DNA from: a virus
IMG/VR virus record: IMGVR_UViG_3300047157_000063
Coordinates: 7,676 to 71,675 of that record
Length of the DNA stretch: 64,000 nucleotides
Direction: 5' to 3' (one strand)
In this document: positions 1-10,412 of the stretch, piece by piece
Position numbering within the stretch: position 1 is the first letter of the stretch
Layout: the number at the start of each line of letters is the position of its first letter
Notes under the pieces: model-generated
The model's input: the letters and a program-made list of their open reading frames with translations, nothing else
Database searches by the model: none
What the model was told of the DNA's origin: nothing
Position numbers and translations under genes: made by a program

Positions 1-334
1 TTGATACAGAGAACAATTCCGCTGCGCTTGTTGAGTTGTTTATAAACTCTATTTCTGCATAATAACCTATAACCCCTGACGTTCCTACTTGGGTATCTTT
101 ACCAAAAAATATAAAATTACCTAGTTTAGGTCTAGGTGTTGTCGCGTCTACATCAACGTTTACAAATGGAAAACCATTTGAATCTCTACCTATTGCTATA
201 CACGGCCCTAATCTTACAATGTCACCATCATTATTAACAAAGTATATAAGGTCCATACCTGTTAAAGATGTAGATGTTTTTCTCTGTAGTGATGTATTTA
301 TATTGTTTAAAAATCCTAATGTTACTGTTGCCAT
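1..334 (-). CDS. Conserved virion/tail-associated protein (partial, runs off the window start)
   Basis: Manual translation from ATG at 334: MATVTLGFLNNINTSLQ...FIFFGKDTQVGTSGVIGYYAEIEFINNSTSAAELFSVS; continues the minus-strand tail operon. Confidence 0.7.
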   Translation of the reverse strand, partial: MATVTLGFLNNINTSLQRKTSTSLTGMDLIYFVNNDGDIVRLGPCIAIGRDSNGFPFVNVDVDATTPRPKLGNFIFFGKDTQVGTSGVIGYYAEIEFINNSTSAAELFSVS

Positions 335-337
335 ATC

Positions 338-2488
338 TTATTGTAAAACGTTATCGTATTCTATTTTCCATTCAAATGTATAACTACCACTAGCTATTAG
401 ACCGTTACCACTATTGTGACTATTAGGTACTGTAACAGTAGATGATGTTACGTTTATAGTACCTGTTCTAGCTGATTGATCAAATTGCGATGTGCCTTGG
501 TTTATATTAACCACATCTGAAGCTAGTGTTGTACTACCATATTTAAAGGTATATCTTATTGTCATATCACCAAAGTTATCAACATAACTTGGGAAACCAG
601 TATGTGTGCTATCTAAAGACCAACTTGTGAATATAGCGTTAAAACTAGTAGCACCAACTGAGTTGCTAGTGTATGCTGCTGTACCTTGGAAAGCCGCGGC
701 GCCAATTAAACCGGGAGTCATTTCTACCTCCGTGTTGTCCCAACTCCAAACAGAATTAAACGTTGGCGCGTTAGATCCAGAAGAGGCTATAGTAACTGGA
801 ACTGAAGCTGTGTTACTATCATCTATACCATCGTTTACTTTAAATGTAAATGTATCACCGCCACTAACTAAAGCGCTACTTGGCGTGTATGTACAAGCGC
901 CGGTTGATGAATTTATAACAGCTGTTCCTTTAGAACCTTGACTAACGATGCTAAACGTAAGAGTATCTCCATCTGCGTCACTACCTGTTAAGGTAAATGT
1001 TGTAGCTGTATTGTTTGCTATAGCTTGGTTCGATGGAGTATTAGCAACTGGAGCTGTATTTAATTCTATAATTTTACTTAGATTTAAAATAGCGTTTGTT
1101 GGTATTGATGGAAATCTTCTAACACTATAAATACCTGATACGGTTACTTTTTTAGGATTAGATGTATTATTAACGACAGCGCTTAAAGTACCACCTATCA
1201 CACCACTATTAGCTATATTAACGTCTGTAGATCCAGATATAGATGAGCTACCGGTTATTTCATTAATCTGAATTGGGGTTTGTGCTGGTTTCCATGACGC
1301 GCCACTACTATTTATAACCCATGAAACAGGTAGAGGTAGGTATTCATCGTCATATTCAAATGGATCTAATAATGGGAAACCTGTTTGACTATATGTGTTA
1401 GTAGGTATTGTCATACCTGTAGTGCTGTTTCTGCTTACAGAAAATGTTATAGAACTTTGAGCATACTGTGTTAAGGCATAAGTCTTTGGTGAATTACCAC
1501 TATTAAAAACAAAATCATAAGGACTAACCTCTGTAAGTTTAACAGTATAATATATAGCTGCGTTTGTTGTGTTTTCAGGAAAAGTTATAGTTTCAATAAC
1601 TTGATTATTACTACCTACTGTTATTTCTTTACCCGTGTTGTTGTATTCAGAACCAAGTAAACTAACAGCTGGCGTACTAGTAACATAAGCATCGATTTTT
1701 AATTTAGCACCGGAATCTCCTACTATAGTTACATTCCTTGACTCTCCAAAATAATTTATTTGTGAAGAAGGTACTATAGCTTTGTATATCTTATCATCTG
1801 ATACTGTAATATTATCTTTTACCCTAGCGATGTAGGTTATTTTATTACTTGTTGAATCAACATTTGGAAACTTATATTTAACTGTTAAGGTAAATTGTGT
1901 TAAATTGTCCCCAGCAAAAGTACCTGTGTTTTCAGTAACTTCAACCACATATCTACTAAGAGTAGGTGAATCTATAGTGTAACATGTTGCTGGGTCATTT
2001 GCAAACTTCTTGTTTGTTCCAGCGCTAAATACTTTAGTAAATAAAGTTACCGCTGTAGAACTAGGTACACCTGATTGACTGTAGTTATCAGCTTGAGACG
2101 AGTGTGATGTTGTTACTGTTACACTAGAATCACTTATATGTACATTGCTACCAGACACAGTTGTTTGATTAGTTTCACCTTTATCAGCAACACCGTTAAT
2201 ATCTAGTGTTACAGTTGTATCTGCACCAGGCATCGTGTAGCTATCGTTAAGATCTATATTAACACTAACTGTATTAGCAAAAGTCCCAGGCGTTCCAGTA
2301 TCTGTAAAAGTTACTGCTGATATAGCACTAGGAAGACTACCTGCTACTGAAAAACTAGAAGCTTTAACACTGTGATATGCTACTGGTGTTATTACTAAAT
2401 TAGCATCAATATCAGCATTGTTGTCAACAGCTTGTCCACCCACCTTTGTTAAACTAGTCGAATTTATTGTACAATTTGTTAATCCCAT
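338..2488 (-). CDS. Tail-associated structural protein with Ig/cadherin-like domain
   Basis: 716 aa, S/T/N-rich. NTAPVA...LTGSDADGDTLTFSIV...G...TYTP...DTFTFKVNDG is a typical cadherin-like/bacterial Ig repeat. Confidence 0.7.
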   Translation of the reverse strand: MGLTNCTINSTSLTKVGGQAVDNNADIDANLVITPVAYHSVKASSFSVAGSLPSAISAVTFTDTGTPGTFANTVSVNIDLNDSYTMPGADTTVTLDINGVADKGETNQTTVSGSNVHISDSSVTVTTSHSSQADNYSQSGVPSSTAVTLFTKVFSAGTNKKFANDPATCYTIDSPTLSRYVVEVTENTGTFAGDNLTQFTLTVKYKFPNVDSTSNKITYIARVKDNITVSDDKIYKAIVPSSQINYFGESRNVTIVGDSGAKLKIDAYVTSTPAVSLLGSEYNNTGKEITVGSNNQVIETITFPENTTNAAIYYTVKLTEVSPYDFVFNSGNSPKTYALTQYAQSSITFSVSRNSTTGMTIPTNTYSQTGFPLLDPFEYDDEYLPLPVSWVINSSGASWKPAQTPIQINEITGSSSISGSTDVNIANSGVIGGTLSAVVNNTSNPKKVTVSGIYSVRRFPSIPTNAILNLSKIIELNTAPVANTPSNQAIANNTATTFTLTGSDADGDTLTFSIVSQGSKGTAVINSSTGACTYTPSSALVSGGDTFTFKVNDGIDDSNTASVPVTIASSGSNAPTFNSVWSWDNTEVEMTPGLIGAAAFQGTAAYTSNSVGATSFNAIFTSWSLDSTHTGFPSYVDNFGDMTIRYTFKYGSTTLASDVVNINQGTSQFDQSARTGTINVTSSTVTVPNSHNSGNGLIASGSYTFEWKIEYDNVLQ

Positions 2489-2505
2489 TTATATTTTATT
2501 TATTG

Positions 2506-5500
2506 TTAATAACAACCTCCAGAGTTGTAGTTTTGAACAGCTGTAATAATACCATTAGAGTCGGTAGAAATCACTTTCCAATTGTTAGAGATATTGTTGC
2601 TATTTGAGTTGTGGTTTAAAGCAAATAAACCCCTTGTGTTATTACTCTCGTTCCATATTATAGGGTAACCATTACTCCCGTACTGACTGTCAGAGGTACT
2701 AATGTTTGCTACAAATTTTCTAGAAACACCTGGATAAAAAGTAGATAAACCATTTATATCACTATAAAGCTGTGTTCCAACTGCATAAGAATCAGTTGAT
2801 CTCTTATAAAGCATGCCTCCTTTATATTCTATAGGTGGGTATGTTTCCAAACCATTTCCTGAGTTGTAAAGTATACCAGCAGCATATACATGCTTACAGT
2901 TAATATTACCAAGACCTAGACTGTCGTATGTGTATATGTAGTCGTCACCTGAGTTAGTAGGGTAACCAAATGAAATTCCTTGATTAAAATATACCCCATC
3001 AAAACCAGTACCACCTTGTATTGTTAATACGAAAGAAGCAGGATTAACCTCACCACTTATATTTAATAAATTACCTATACCTTGTGAAGAAAATTCAGCT
3101 ATATCTAAATTACCTCTATTTTGTACATTGTTCCACGTTGTGTTTACTCCTTTTATATAATTAAACCATTTACCTTCTTTATTAATAAACTCTGTTATAT
3201 GTCCAGATTGTTGATCTGTTTCTAAAGAACCACAGTGCCAACCAACTTTAGCAGTATTATTATCGTATCTAGTATCGTTTACATTAGGTATTATTTGTGA
3301 TTGAGTACCTTCGTAGTTTACAGTTTTAAAGTTTTTAACTACAGAAGGAGCTTCGTTAAATATAAACTTAATAGACGAATGGTATTGAGTGCCATAAAAA
3401 TTGTTTCTTAAAGCGTTAGAATTATGCTCCCATAGTTCACCGTTTTTAAATGTATAATACTTACCGTTTAGAGATACTCCATTTTCTTGTAAGAAAGATT
3501 TTCTACTTGTCCAACCTTTTGTTAGTTCAGTAAAACTAACAGTTTCTCTTGAATTTAAAGGACCAAGTGTTAAGTTATAATTGTTTTTATCCATATCATA
3601 ACTACCAATAATCATATTTCCACTACTAGCATTAAGTTTATCTTTGAAATAATCTTTCATGCCATATCTAGTTAACTCTTCAATACCATCACCAGAAAGT
3701 CTTAAAATAGCATTCCTGTTTTTATCAGCATAATATATTCTAAAAGCAAAATTAGCAAAAGATTCAGGGTTTCTTGATATACCGTATTCACCCTGGAAAG
3801 GTATTGTTTGCCCAAGAACTTTGCTACTTGCTAGCAGGTTTGAACTACCATCAGCATTAAATAAAGCGTCTTTATTTGATAATACTTTCAATGTTTTATC
3901 CTCACAAAAAACAACAACATCTCCTCTTCTAGTAAACATTTTCTGTATTGAACCATAACTAGGATTTAAATCTTTTGTAATAGCTTCAGCTTGTATAAAT
4001 TCGTTAGTTCTATTAACACCTGATGAAGAGTTGTATATACCAGACCATATCATACTATTCTGTTTGTTTTCAGTTTTATATTGTTCTGCTAAAACTGTTG
4101 AAACTTTTGGTCCTTTATCTATAGTGACCGCGTTAAAATCATCTCGTATTCTATTTGATTCAACACCATTACCAAAAGAATAACAATTAAACCAATCTAA
4201 CTCTCTCCAACCACCATCTGTGTTAGTGTTAGCTAATTCAGCCACTGTGTATGTTTTCGATGTTTCGTAGTATAAGTTTAAATCAGCTCTTTCTTTAGGT
4301 TCAGTTTCAAATATAGCTGGGTTTTCAGAAGCGTAAGTAACACCATCATTAACCTTTTTTAAGAATTGTAACCTAGTAAATGATTTCTTTGATTGACCTC
4401 TATCCGCATCCCAACAAGTTAAAGGATATTGATTTTGACCCGAGCTGTTTTCTGATTGTGTGTCACTTGGTGAAACACCTCCAAATTGACCAGCTCTTGT
4501 TGGATCCCAGTAACTAGGTTTGTCTAAAACTAATTTCATTCTAATAGCGTGGTTACTTCCCCATTCGTCATAGTTATCATGCCAGCCATAAGAATCATGG
4601 TAGTTTAATATATACTCTGTTCTTGTTTGTTTTATTTTATAAACAGATTGATCAGGATCATCTGTCCATCTTAAATAAGTACCAGGTTTTCTTAATCTTT
4701 GGTAAATATCAAAATAAGTATCAGAACCACTTAAGTCACTTCTACTAGGGTACTGCCAAGATGGCCATTCATCATCTCCCCAACCCCATATTGTTAGGTC
4801 AAGTTTTTTACTACCTCTTCTTATTCCCTCTCCAATCCTAGGATTAACGTATGTCATACCAGATCCTTTATCAGCTTCTCTAGTATCTATAGCCCACACT
4901 TGTCGGCCGTTATATTCGTCTCTACTATTAGCTGATTGATTTAGAAAATACATTTTTTCATTATAAACAATACCATACTCGTTAGCATTGTCATCAGAAA
5001 GTATATGCTCATCAAGAAGAGAGTCTTTATATATTTTTACAAAAAATCTACCAGCATATTCAGAGTTATATAAATCAACATTTTCTTCAGCCCATTCAAA
5101 CTGTAAACCCGCAAGCTTATTACCTGGTGTCCCAGTAAAAGTAATATCTTGTCCTAAAGGTGTTTTTGATGTTACAATGTAATAATCATTAGTATCTCCA
5201 AAATCATCAGCAGCTCCACTTCTATTTTCTCTTGCGACGCTCTCGACAGCATACCATTCACTGACATTTCCAGATTGTGATTTTATTCTAAAAAATTTAT
5301 TAGCTATTGTATTTAATGCTATTTCACCAAGAGATGTGTCTGCTATGTTTGGTCCTGGAATAACTATTCTTAACGCGTCTTCTATAGGAAAACCATCAGT
5401 AACATCTTCACCTCTACCAAATTGAGTATCTATTCTACCTATACTATTTTTTTGTTCTTTTAAAAAGTCAGGAGCTTCATTTTCTATAGCTAACACTTTG

Positions 5501-7602
5501 TATTTAACAGTACCTCCGTTATCACTAGCAACAGCAATGTCACTAGAGTGTTCTTTTTTAAGTATTAAGAAATCATCAACAGCACATTTATTTCTTTCTG
5601 AAGAAGGAAAACTTATCCAAACATTACCATCTTCAGCATCATACCATCTATCCATAGCCATATTATAGTATTCTGAAGAAGGTTCTTTTATAAAATACTT
5701 AACATGTGTTGCCCAATCAGGAGTATTAGATGTTAATCTAACCCTAAGTTTATTTTGTTTAACAGCAAGACTTTGGGGTATTGTTACACTAGCGTTATCG
5801 CTTGAAAAAACGGGTGTTTGTCTACCATAAGCATCTAAAAATACAGCACCGACTTGATATGTTCTTACTGATTTCATTGACGTTTTAGGTATTCCAGGTG
5901 ATACATCATTAGATGTTAACTCTAATTCAAAAGAAGCGTCTTCAGGTATAGAGTACTGTTGTGTGTAGTTACCATATATTAACCTGTTTGCTGATACTTC
6001 TTGAGCTTTTGCGTACCTTGGGACATTATCATAAGGTCTTAATATTTGGTTTGAAGGTAGTATACCTTGTGATATTTCGTTTTTAACCTCAAAAGATTGT
6101 TCGTTTTCTTTTAACGTTTCTACAACGTATATATTTGTACTGTTTGATTCTTTATATAATATATCAACTTCAATAGCATCTGCCGGTTTACTATCAAAAC
6201 CACTAATTGTTAAATCTCTTAATTGATTTAGCATTGCTAAGTTATAACCTTTTTCAGGTTCATAATCAAAACCAACTTCTTTTTCTGGTAAAAAAGCTAC
6301 AGTAGAAAAAGGAGACATAACTGAATACTCTCCATCAACGTATTTCCAACGATAAGCAAATCTAGGGAAAACTAATTCATATAAAGGGTCTTTTCTTTCT
6401 AAAACAGCAACCCAATCGATTTCAATATTTGGTAATCTAGAAGATATACTTAATACTGAAGCTCTAACAACTGTGTTACTACTAGTGTTTGTAATTCCAG
6501 TTATTGAAAGTCTAACCTCATAATCTACAGTTTCAATCTCTGTAGTTAGTTTTAACTGATCACCAACTGACCATGATAAGTTTGCAGGACTAAATTGAAA
6601 ACCAGTGCCGTCTAATTGTAAATTGACACCAGAACTAGATGATGTATAATCTTTTATAGGATCACCATTATCATCAAGAACATTAGCGCCATGTCTAGTA
6701 CCACTTGGAACAACTATTACATCACCGTTTTGATCACCCTCTCTATAATGAAACATGTTAGCAGGTGTTGTTAAGCTAGAAGATATTTGACCACCCACCT
6801 GAGAGTTGGCCATAGTTAAAGTAGGAGCGTTTAATGGGTATTTTTTAATAACAGTTACATCTCTTTCTCTTATGTAACCATGATCAGTGCCATCTATAAT
6901 TAACTTAGTATGAGAGGTAGAATCTAACGTGGCAGAAGCACATCTTTTAATATGAATTTTCTTTGGTTCAGAATAATTATCAGTCCAGTATAAAAAACCA
7001 TCAATAGCATTTATACCTGTTATATACCTATTCGATGAGAAGTTTAACACTCTTTCAGCGTTAAATATTATTGTAGTGCCATTTGGTATTGCGGCCGTTA
7101 AACTTGATGTTAGTGTTATTGTATTGCCATTAACTGCTCCAACAGTATATGTTACACTTCCAATACTAAAAGTCATGTCTCTTCTAATGTTATAAGTACC
7201 TATACTTCCGTCTAACGTAACGGTCGTGCTTCCTTGAGCAGCACTAGATACAACACCTTTCCATTGGTACACATCTACTAAAACTGGTTTAACCATTTCA
7301 CCAGCAACATTATACTCAGCTATTAAATCTATTTTTGTATCAGTTTCTGTCGTACCAGCGACTAACCACAATATTTTATCAGCTCTACCATATTTACAAA
7401 CACCAACAGTCACATTCCCAACTTGTCCAAGAGTTGAAACCATGGAGTTACCTAAAGAGTTTTGTGCAGAACCAACATCAGAACCTTCCGATGTTAATAT
7501 ATCAACATTTAAAGCGTCTCTATATTCACCATTAGGGACCAACCTCTCATCATGGTCTTTGTTCATTTTACCTGAGGTAAACTGATTTTTAATTTCCGGC
7601 AT
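2506..7602 (-). CDS. Tail stabilization (nozzle/muzzle) protein, crAss-like
   Basis: 1698 aa. N-terminus MPEIKNQFTSGKMNKDHDERLVPNGEYRDALN and C-terminal GEYGISRNPESFA / FINKEGKWFNYIKG motifs resemble crAss-like tail stabilization proteins; follows the ring-protein genes. Confidence 0.8.
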   Translation of the reverse strand: MPEIKNQFTSGKMNKDHDERLVPNGEYRDALNVDILTSEGSDVGSAQNSLGNSMVSTLGQVGNVTVGVCKYGRADKILWLVAGTTETDTKIDLIAEYNVAGEMVKPVLVDVYQWKGVVSSAAQGSTTVTLDGSIGTYNIRRDMTFSIGSVTYTVGAVNGNTITLTSSLTAAIPNGTTIIFNAERVLNFSSNRYITGINAIDGFLYWTDNYSEPKKIHIKRCASATLDSTSHTKLIIDGTDHGYIRERDVTVIKKYPLNAPTLTMANSQVGGQISSSLTTPANMFHYREGDQNGDVIVVPSGTRHGANVLDDNGDPIKDYTSSSSGVNLQLDGTGFQFSPANLSWSVGDQLKLTTEIETVDYEVRLSITGITNTSSNTVVRASVLSISSRLPNIEIDWVAVLERKDPLYELVFPRFAYRWKYVDGEYSVMSPFSTVAFLPEKEVGFDYEPEKGYNLAMLNQLRDLTISGFDSKPADAIEVDILYKESNSTNIYVVETLKENEQSFEVKNEISQGILPSNQILRPYDNVPRYAKAQEVSANRLIYGNYTQQYSIPEDASFELELTSNDVSPGIPKTSMKSVRTYQVGAVFLDAYGRQTPVFSSDNASVTIPQSLAVKQNKLRVRLTSNTPDWATHVKYFIKEPSSEYYNMAMDRWYDAEDGNVWISFPSSERNKCAVDDFLILKKEHSSDIAVASDNGGTVKYKVLAIENEAPDFLKEQKNSIGRIDTQFGRGEDVTDGFPIEDALRIVIPGPNIADTSLGEIALNTIANKFFRIKSQSGNVSEWYAVESVARENRSGAADDFGDTNDYYIVTSKTPLGQDITFTGTPGNKLAGLQFEWAEENVDLYNSEYAGRFFVKIYKDSLLDEHILSDDNANEYGIVYNEKMYFLNQSANSRDEYNGRQVWAIDTREADKGSGMTYVNPRIGEGIRRGSKKLDLTIWGWGDDEWPSWQYPSRSDLSGSDTYFDIYQRLRKPGTYLRWTDDPDQSVYKIKQTRTEYILNYHDSYGWHDNYDEWGSNHAIRMKLVLDKPSYWDPTRAGQFGGVSPSDTQSENSSGQNQYPLTCWDADRGQSKKSFTRLQFLKKVNDGVTYASENPAIFETEPKERADLNLYYETSKTYTVAELANTNTDGGWRELDWFNCYSFGNGVESNRIRDDFNAVTIDKGPKVSTVLAEQYKTENKQNSMIWSGIYNSSSGVNRTNEFIQAEAITKDLNPSYGSIQKMFTRRGDVVVFCEDKTLKVLSNKDALFNADGSSNLLASSKVLGQTIPFQGEYGISRNPESFANFAFRIYYADKNRNAILRLSGDGIEELTRYGMKDYFKDKLNASSGNMIIGSYDMDKNNYNLTLGPLNSRETVSFTELTKGWTSRKSFLQENGVSLNGKYYTFKNGELWEHNSNALRNNFYGTQYHSSIKFIFNEAPSVVKNFKTVNYEGTQSQIIPNVNDTRYDNNTAKVGWHCGSLETDQQSGHITEFINKEGKWFNYIKGVNTTWNNVQNRGNLDIAEFSSQGIGNLLNISGEVNPASFVLTIQGGTGFDGVYFNQGISFGYPTNSGDDYIYTYDSLGLGNINCKHVYAAGILYNSGNGLETYPPIEYKGGMLYKRSTDSYAVGTQLYSDINGLSTFYPGVSRKFVANISTSDSQYGSNGYPIIWNESNNTRGLFALNHNSNSNNISNNWKVISTDSNGIITAVQNYNSGGCY

Positions 7603-7605
7603 AGT

Positions 7606-8718
7606 TTAGTGTTTTATTATCTTAGACTTACCTCTCATAACTTGAGTAAGCTCTTCTAATTTTAAATTCGATAATCTTAGTTTAGCTGTTCTAACAGCTG
7701 CAAATCTTTCTTTTTTAAATCTAGCTACTAGATACTCTTGAACCCCTGCTCTTGTTGCTAATATTCCATGAGCAATCCATTTGTACATTGCTTCTTCAGC
7801 AAATTTATGTACTATCATTTCTTCTTCAGTACCTAAACCATCACTTATATACTTAAGTGTAATTGTTTTGCCAGATAAATCTGAGCTAAAGTTTATAGTA
7901 CCTTGTAATGGGTCTATATAATAAACACCGTTACCATGAGCTCTTTCCGGTTCTAATCCATATCTTCTTCCTCCAGCTAAAGTTTCATCTACACCATTAG
8001 AATCAGAGTTAGCATCTGTTTGACCTGTTGCGTCTTGAAAAGATTGCCATGTGTCTGAATCAGAAGCTGTGTTTAAAGATCCATCTGAAGAGTATAGATA
8101 ATCGTAATTATCATCTTGTAATATAGCTTGTGGATTACTAGTTTGTCTAGCTGGTAGTATTATTCTTTCAATACCACTAATATCTGTCCATGTTATTTTT
8201 ACATAGTTAACATAGTCATGTGGTAGTTTCATTTTTAACGATAATCCTAATTCTATTTCTTGTGATTTTTCAGACCTAAAAGTATCGTAGCTTAATTCTT
8301 GTATTGCTCTTTGAGCGTGGAAAGCTATATCTGCTCTTCTTACTTTAGGAATTATTTTATCTTGACCAACGTAACCAATTATAAAGTTATTTATAATCGT
8401 TGTTAGGTTTATAAATTGATAATTACCTAAACTTGGACTTAACAATGTTACAACTATAGACGTGTTGTTTGCTGGAAAGTTACCAGAAGTGAATGTTATT
8501 TGAAACGTAGTACCGTCGTAGTTAAAATGATTACCCGCGATTTGATTTGCTCCGTCAACAGTAACATTAAACTCACCAGCACTTGTAGGCATTGTAACAT
8601 TTGACGTTGATCCAATTTGATTATTTGGGAACGTAAGTGTAAAAGGACCCGCGCTATTGCTTCCTACAAAACTTTGAGAGCCGTAGTATTGTTGTTGTGT
8701 TCCTGTGAATAGTGGCAT
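7606..8718 (-). CDS. Tail ring / head-tail connector protein
   Basis: 370 aa with FHAQRAIQELSYD, LPHDYVNYVKITW and ITLKYISDG motifs; lies between capsid and tail-stabilization genes. Confidence 0.7.
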   Translation of the reverse strand: MPLFTGTQQQYYGSQSFVGSNSAGPFTLTFPNNQIGSTSNVTMPTSAGEFNVTVDGANQIAGNHFNYDGTTFQITFTSGNFPANNTSIVVTLLSPSLGNYQFINLTTIINNFIIGYVGQDKIIPKVRRADIAFHAQRAIQELSYDTFRSEKSQEIELGLSLKMKLPHDYVNYVKITWTDISGIERIILPARQTSNPQAILQDDNYDYLYSSDGSLNTASDSDTWQSFQDATGQTDANSDSNGVDETLAGGRRYGLEPERAHGNGVYYIDPLQGTINFSSDLSGKTITLKYISDGLGTEEEMIVHKFAEEAMYKWIAHGILATRAGVQEYLVARFKKERFAAVRTAKLRLSNLKLEELTQVMRGKSKIIKH

Positions 8719-8721
8719 ATC

Positions 8722-9498
8722 TTATTGTTTTTCTTGTTGTTGATTAATTTGATCTTCTTGAGAAGCTAACTGATAAGCGTTAGGATCATTAAGAATAACA
8801 CCACCTAAAGCAAGTATTTTAATAACTAAATCTGTTTCTTCAGATTGATGTAGTTCAAAGTCTTGACTGTTTGATGCGTTATACAAAGGATAACCATTTA
8901 CTAAAGTATAGTTCCATGATACCTTTATAGGTCTAGCTATATAGTTACACACTACTCCGCTAGTTATAGTTGTAGGATAAATTTGTATTGCTCTATCTAA
9001 TGGAAAACCTGTTTCAGTATCAACTGTTTGAGCTGCACCGCCTGCTCTAGGAGTATAATTAGAAGCTCTAACGTATACAGGTCTTGTTATTGTTGGTGCT
9101 GTTAAAGGTGAGTTTTGTATGTGTAGTATTTGGTTTTGTTGTATTTTTTCTATCTCAACGTGTCCACCTGAACACCCAGTATAATACAACTCACCCATTC
9201 TATAATGTTGTGGTAAAGTACCTTGCCCTGGTTGTGACGCGTGTGTTGACATAACAACCTCAACTCTGTATTTTTCAAAAATATCTATTTTTTCTTGAAG
9301 TATATCTAACATATCTGAATATGTTGTGTCATTACCATCTATTCTACCAAAAGCGTTTAGATCGTAAAAGTATTGCTCAAAAATATCTAATTGAGCTTGA
9401 TTAGCTAACAGGTTGAACTCTTGAGGTGTTATATAACCTCTTTGTTCTTTGTTTAAAATACCTAATACTCTTTGATATACCGTGTCTATACTGACCAT
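8722..9498 (-). CDS. Tail ring / tubular structural protein
   Basis: Likely start MVSIDTVYQRVLGILNKEQRGYITPQEFNLLANQAQLDIFEQYF (ATG at 9498), a crAss-like ring-protein N-terminus. Confidence 0.7.
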   Translation of the reverse strand: MVSIDTVYQRVLGILNKEQRGYITPQEFNLLANQAQLDIFEQYFYDLNAFGRIDGNDTTYSDMLDILQEKIDIFEKYRVEVVMSTHASQPGQGTLPQHYRMGELYYTGCSGGHVEIEKIQQNQILHIQNSPLTAPTITRPVYVRASNYTPRAGGAAQTVDTETGFPLDRAIQIYPTTITSGVVCNYIARPIKVSWNYTLVNGYPLYNASNSQDFELHQSEETDLVIKILALGGVILNDPNAYQLASQEDQINQQQEKQ

Positions 9499-9515
9499 AA
9501 TTATTTTTTTATTTA

Positions 9516-9550
9516 TAGTATGCAATCGCTCCGTAGAGCGACTGCTACTA
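9516..9550 (-). other. Intergenic stem-loop (possible processing/stabilising hairpin)
   Basis: TAGTA-TGCAATCGCTC-CGTA-GAGCGACTGC-TACTA. On the coding strand it is followed by an A-run, not a U-run. Confidence 0.5.
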
Positions 9551-9558
9551 CAAAGTGA

Positions 9559-10335
9559 TTACTTTTTAATTTTCATCTTTTTTTCGAGATTTTTTACCAT
9601 CTCTAATCCATCATCAGTCTTAAACCAAGCGGCTAAGGCTGAGTAAGGGTGTTCATCAAATGGAACATTCATTAACTTTCTTCCAGATGATTTTAAACTA
9701 AATACTCGTCTATCAGTTGATAAGGCTAGTATTCCAGCTTCTACAGCTTTAATACCTAAGTTTCTTAACTCAACATTCTCATCATTTGCTAGTTCTAAGA
9801 ATAAACTTGGGTTTCTTTTAGCCATTAATAAAACATCTCTTTTAACTTCTTTAGATGTCATATTACTAACTTTGTTACCCATTTCAACTCTTAGTAAAGC
9901 TTCAGCGTGATCTATATCTAGTTTTAAAGCCATTGTTAAAGCTTCAACTTCTACCTCCATGTAATCTAATTGATTCTCTGCTTCTTTAACAACGTTTTTC
10001 TCTTTGTATATTCCCTTATTTATATATGGGTGATATACAGATAATAAAAGTTGTAGGTTTTGTTGTGAAGATGGAACCGTTATTGATCCATTTCTCATGA
10101 CAACATGTCCTAAAGTTGCAGTACCCTCTTGTTCGTCTACAAACGGAGATGGTTGATTTGTAGCATATCTAAGTTCTCTTTGATAACCTAGCTCTGAATC
10201 GAACCAAGTTAAAGGGTTTTTACTAGTATGCTTTGTTGGTATTGAGAATATAAGTGGTTGTCTTTCACTTGACAGTATGTATGTTCTATCTTTTATTTCC
10301 CAATCTTTTGGTTTTGTAATATTTTTTACTTTCAT
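9559..10335 (-). CDS. Conserved structural-module protein downstream of the major capsid gene
   Basis: 258 aa with RELRYATNQPSPFVDEQ motif; position immediately after the MCP gene. Confidence 0.6.
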   Translation of the reverse strand: MKVKNITKPKDWEIKDRTYILSSERQPLIFSIPTKHTSKNPLTWFDSELGYQRELRYATNQPSPFVDEQEGTATLGHVVMRNGSITVPSSQQNLQLLLSVYHPYINKGIYKEKNVVKEAENQLDYMEVEVEALTMALKLDIDHAEALLRVEMGNKVSNMTSKEVKRDVLLMAKRNPSLFLELANDENVELRNLGIKAVEAGILALSTDRRVFSLKSSGRKLMNVPFDEHPYSALAAWFKTDDGLEMVKNLEKKMKIKK

Positions 10336-10357
10336 GATATAATATAATTAAATAGTT

Positions 10358-10398
10358 AAAAAAAATAAAGGGTCGGGTGCCGAAGCACCCAACTCTTT
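10358..10398 (-). terminator. Rho-independent terminator after the major capsid gene
   Basis: Minus strand reads AAAGAGTTGGGTGC-TTCG-GCACCCGACCCTTT then ATTTTTTTT (UUCG tetraloop plus U-tract). Confidence 0.85.
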
Positions 10399-10412
10399 AA
10401 TTGTTGTTATGC

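Noticed and set aside
9516-9550. Hairpin as an intrinsic terminator
   Set aside because: No U-tract follows it on the coding strand; kept only as a possible processing or stability element.
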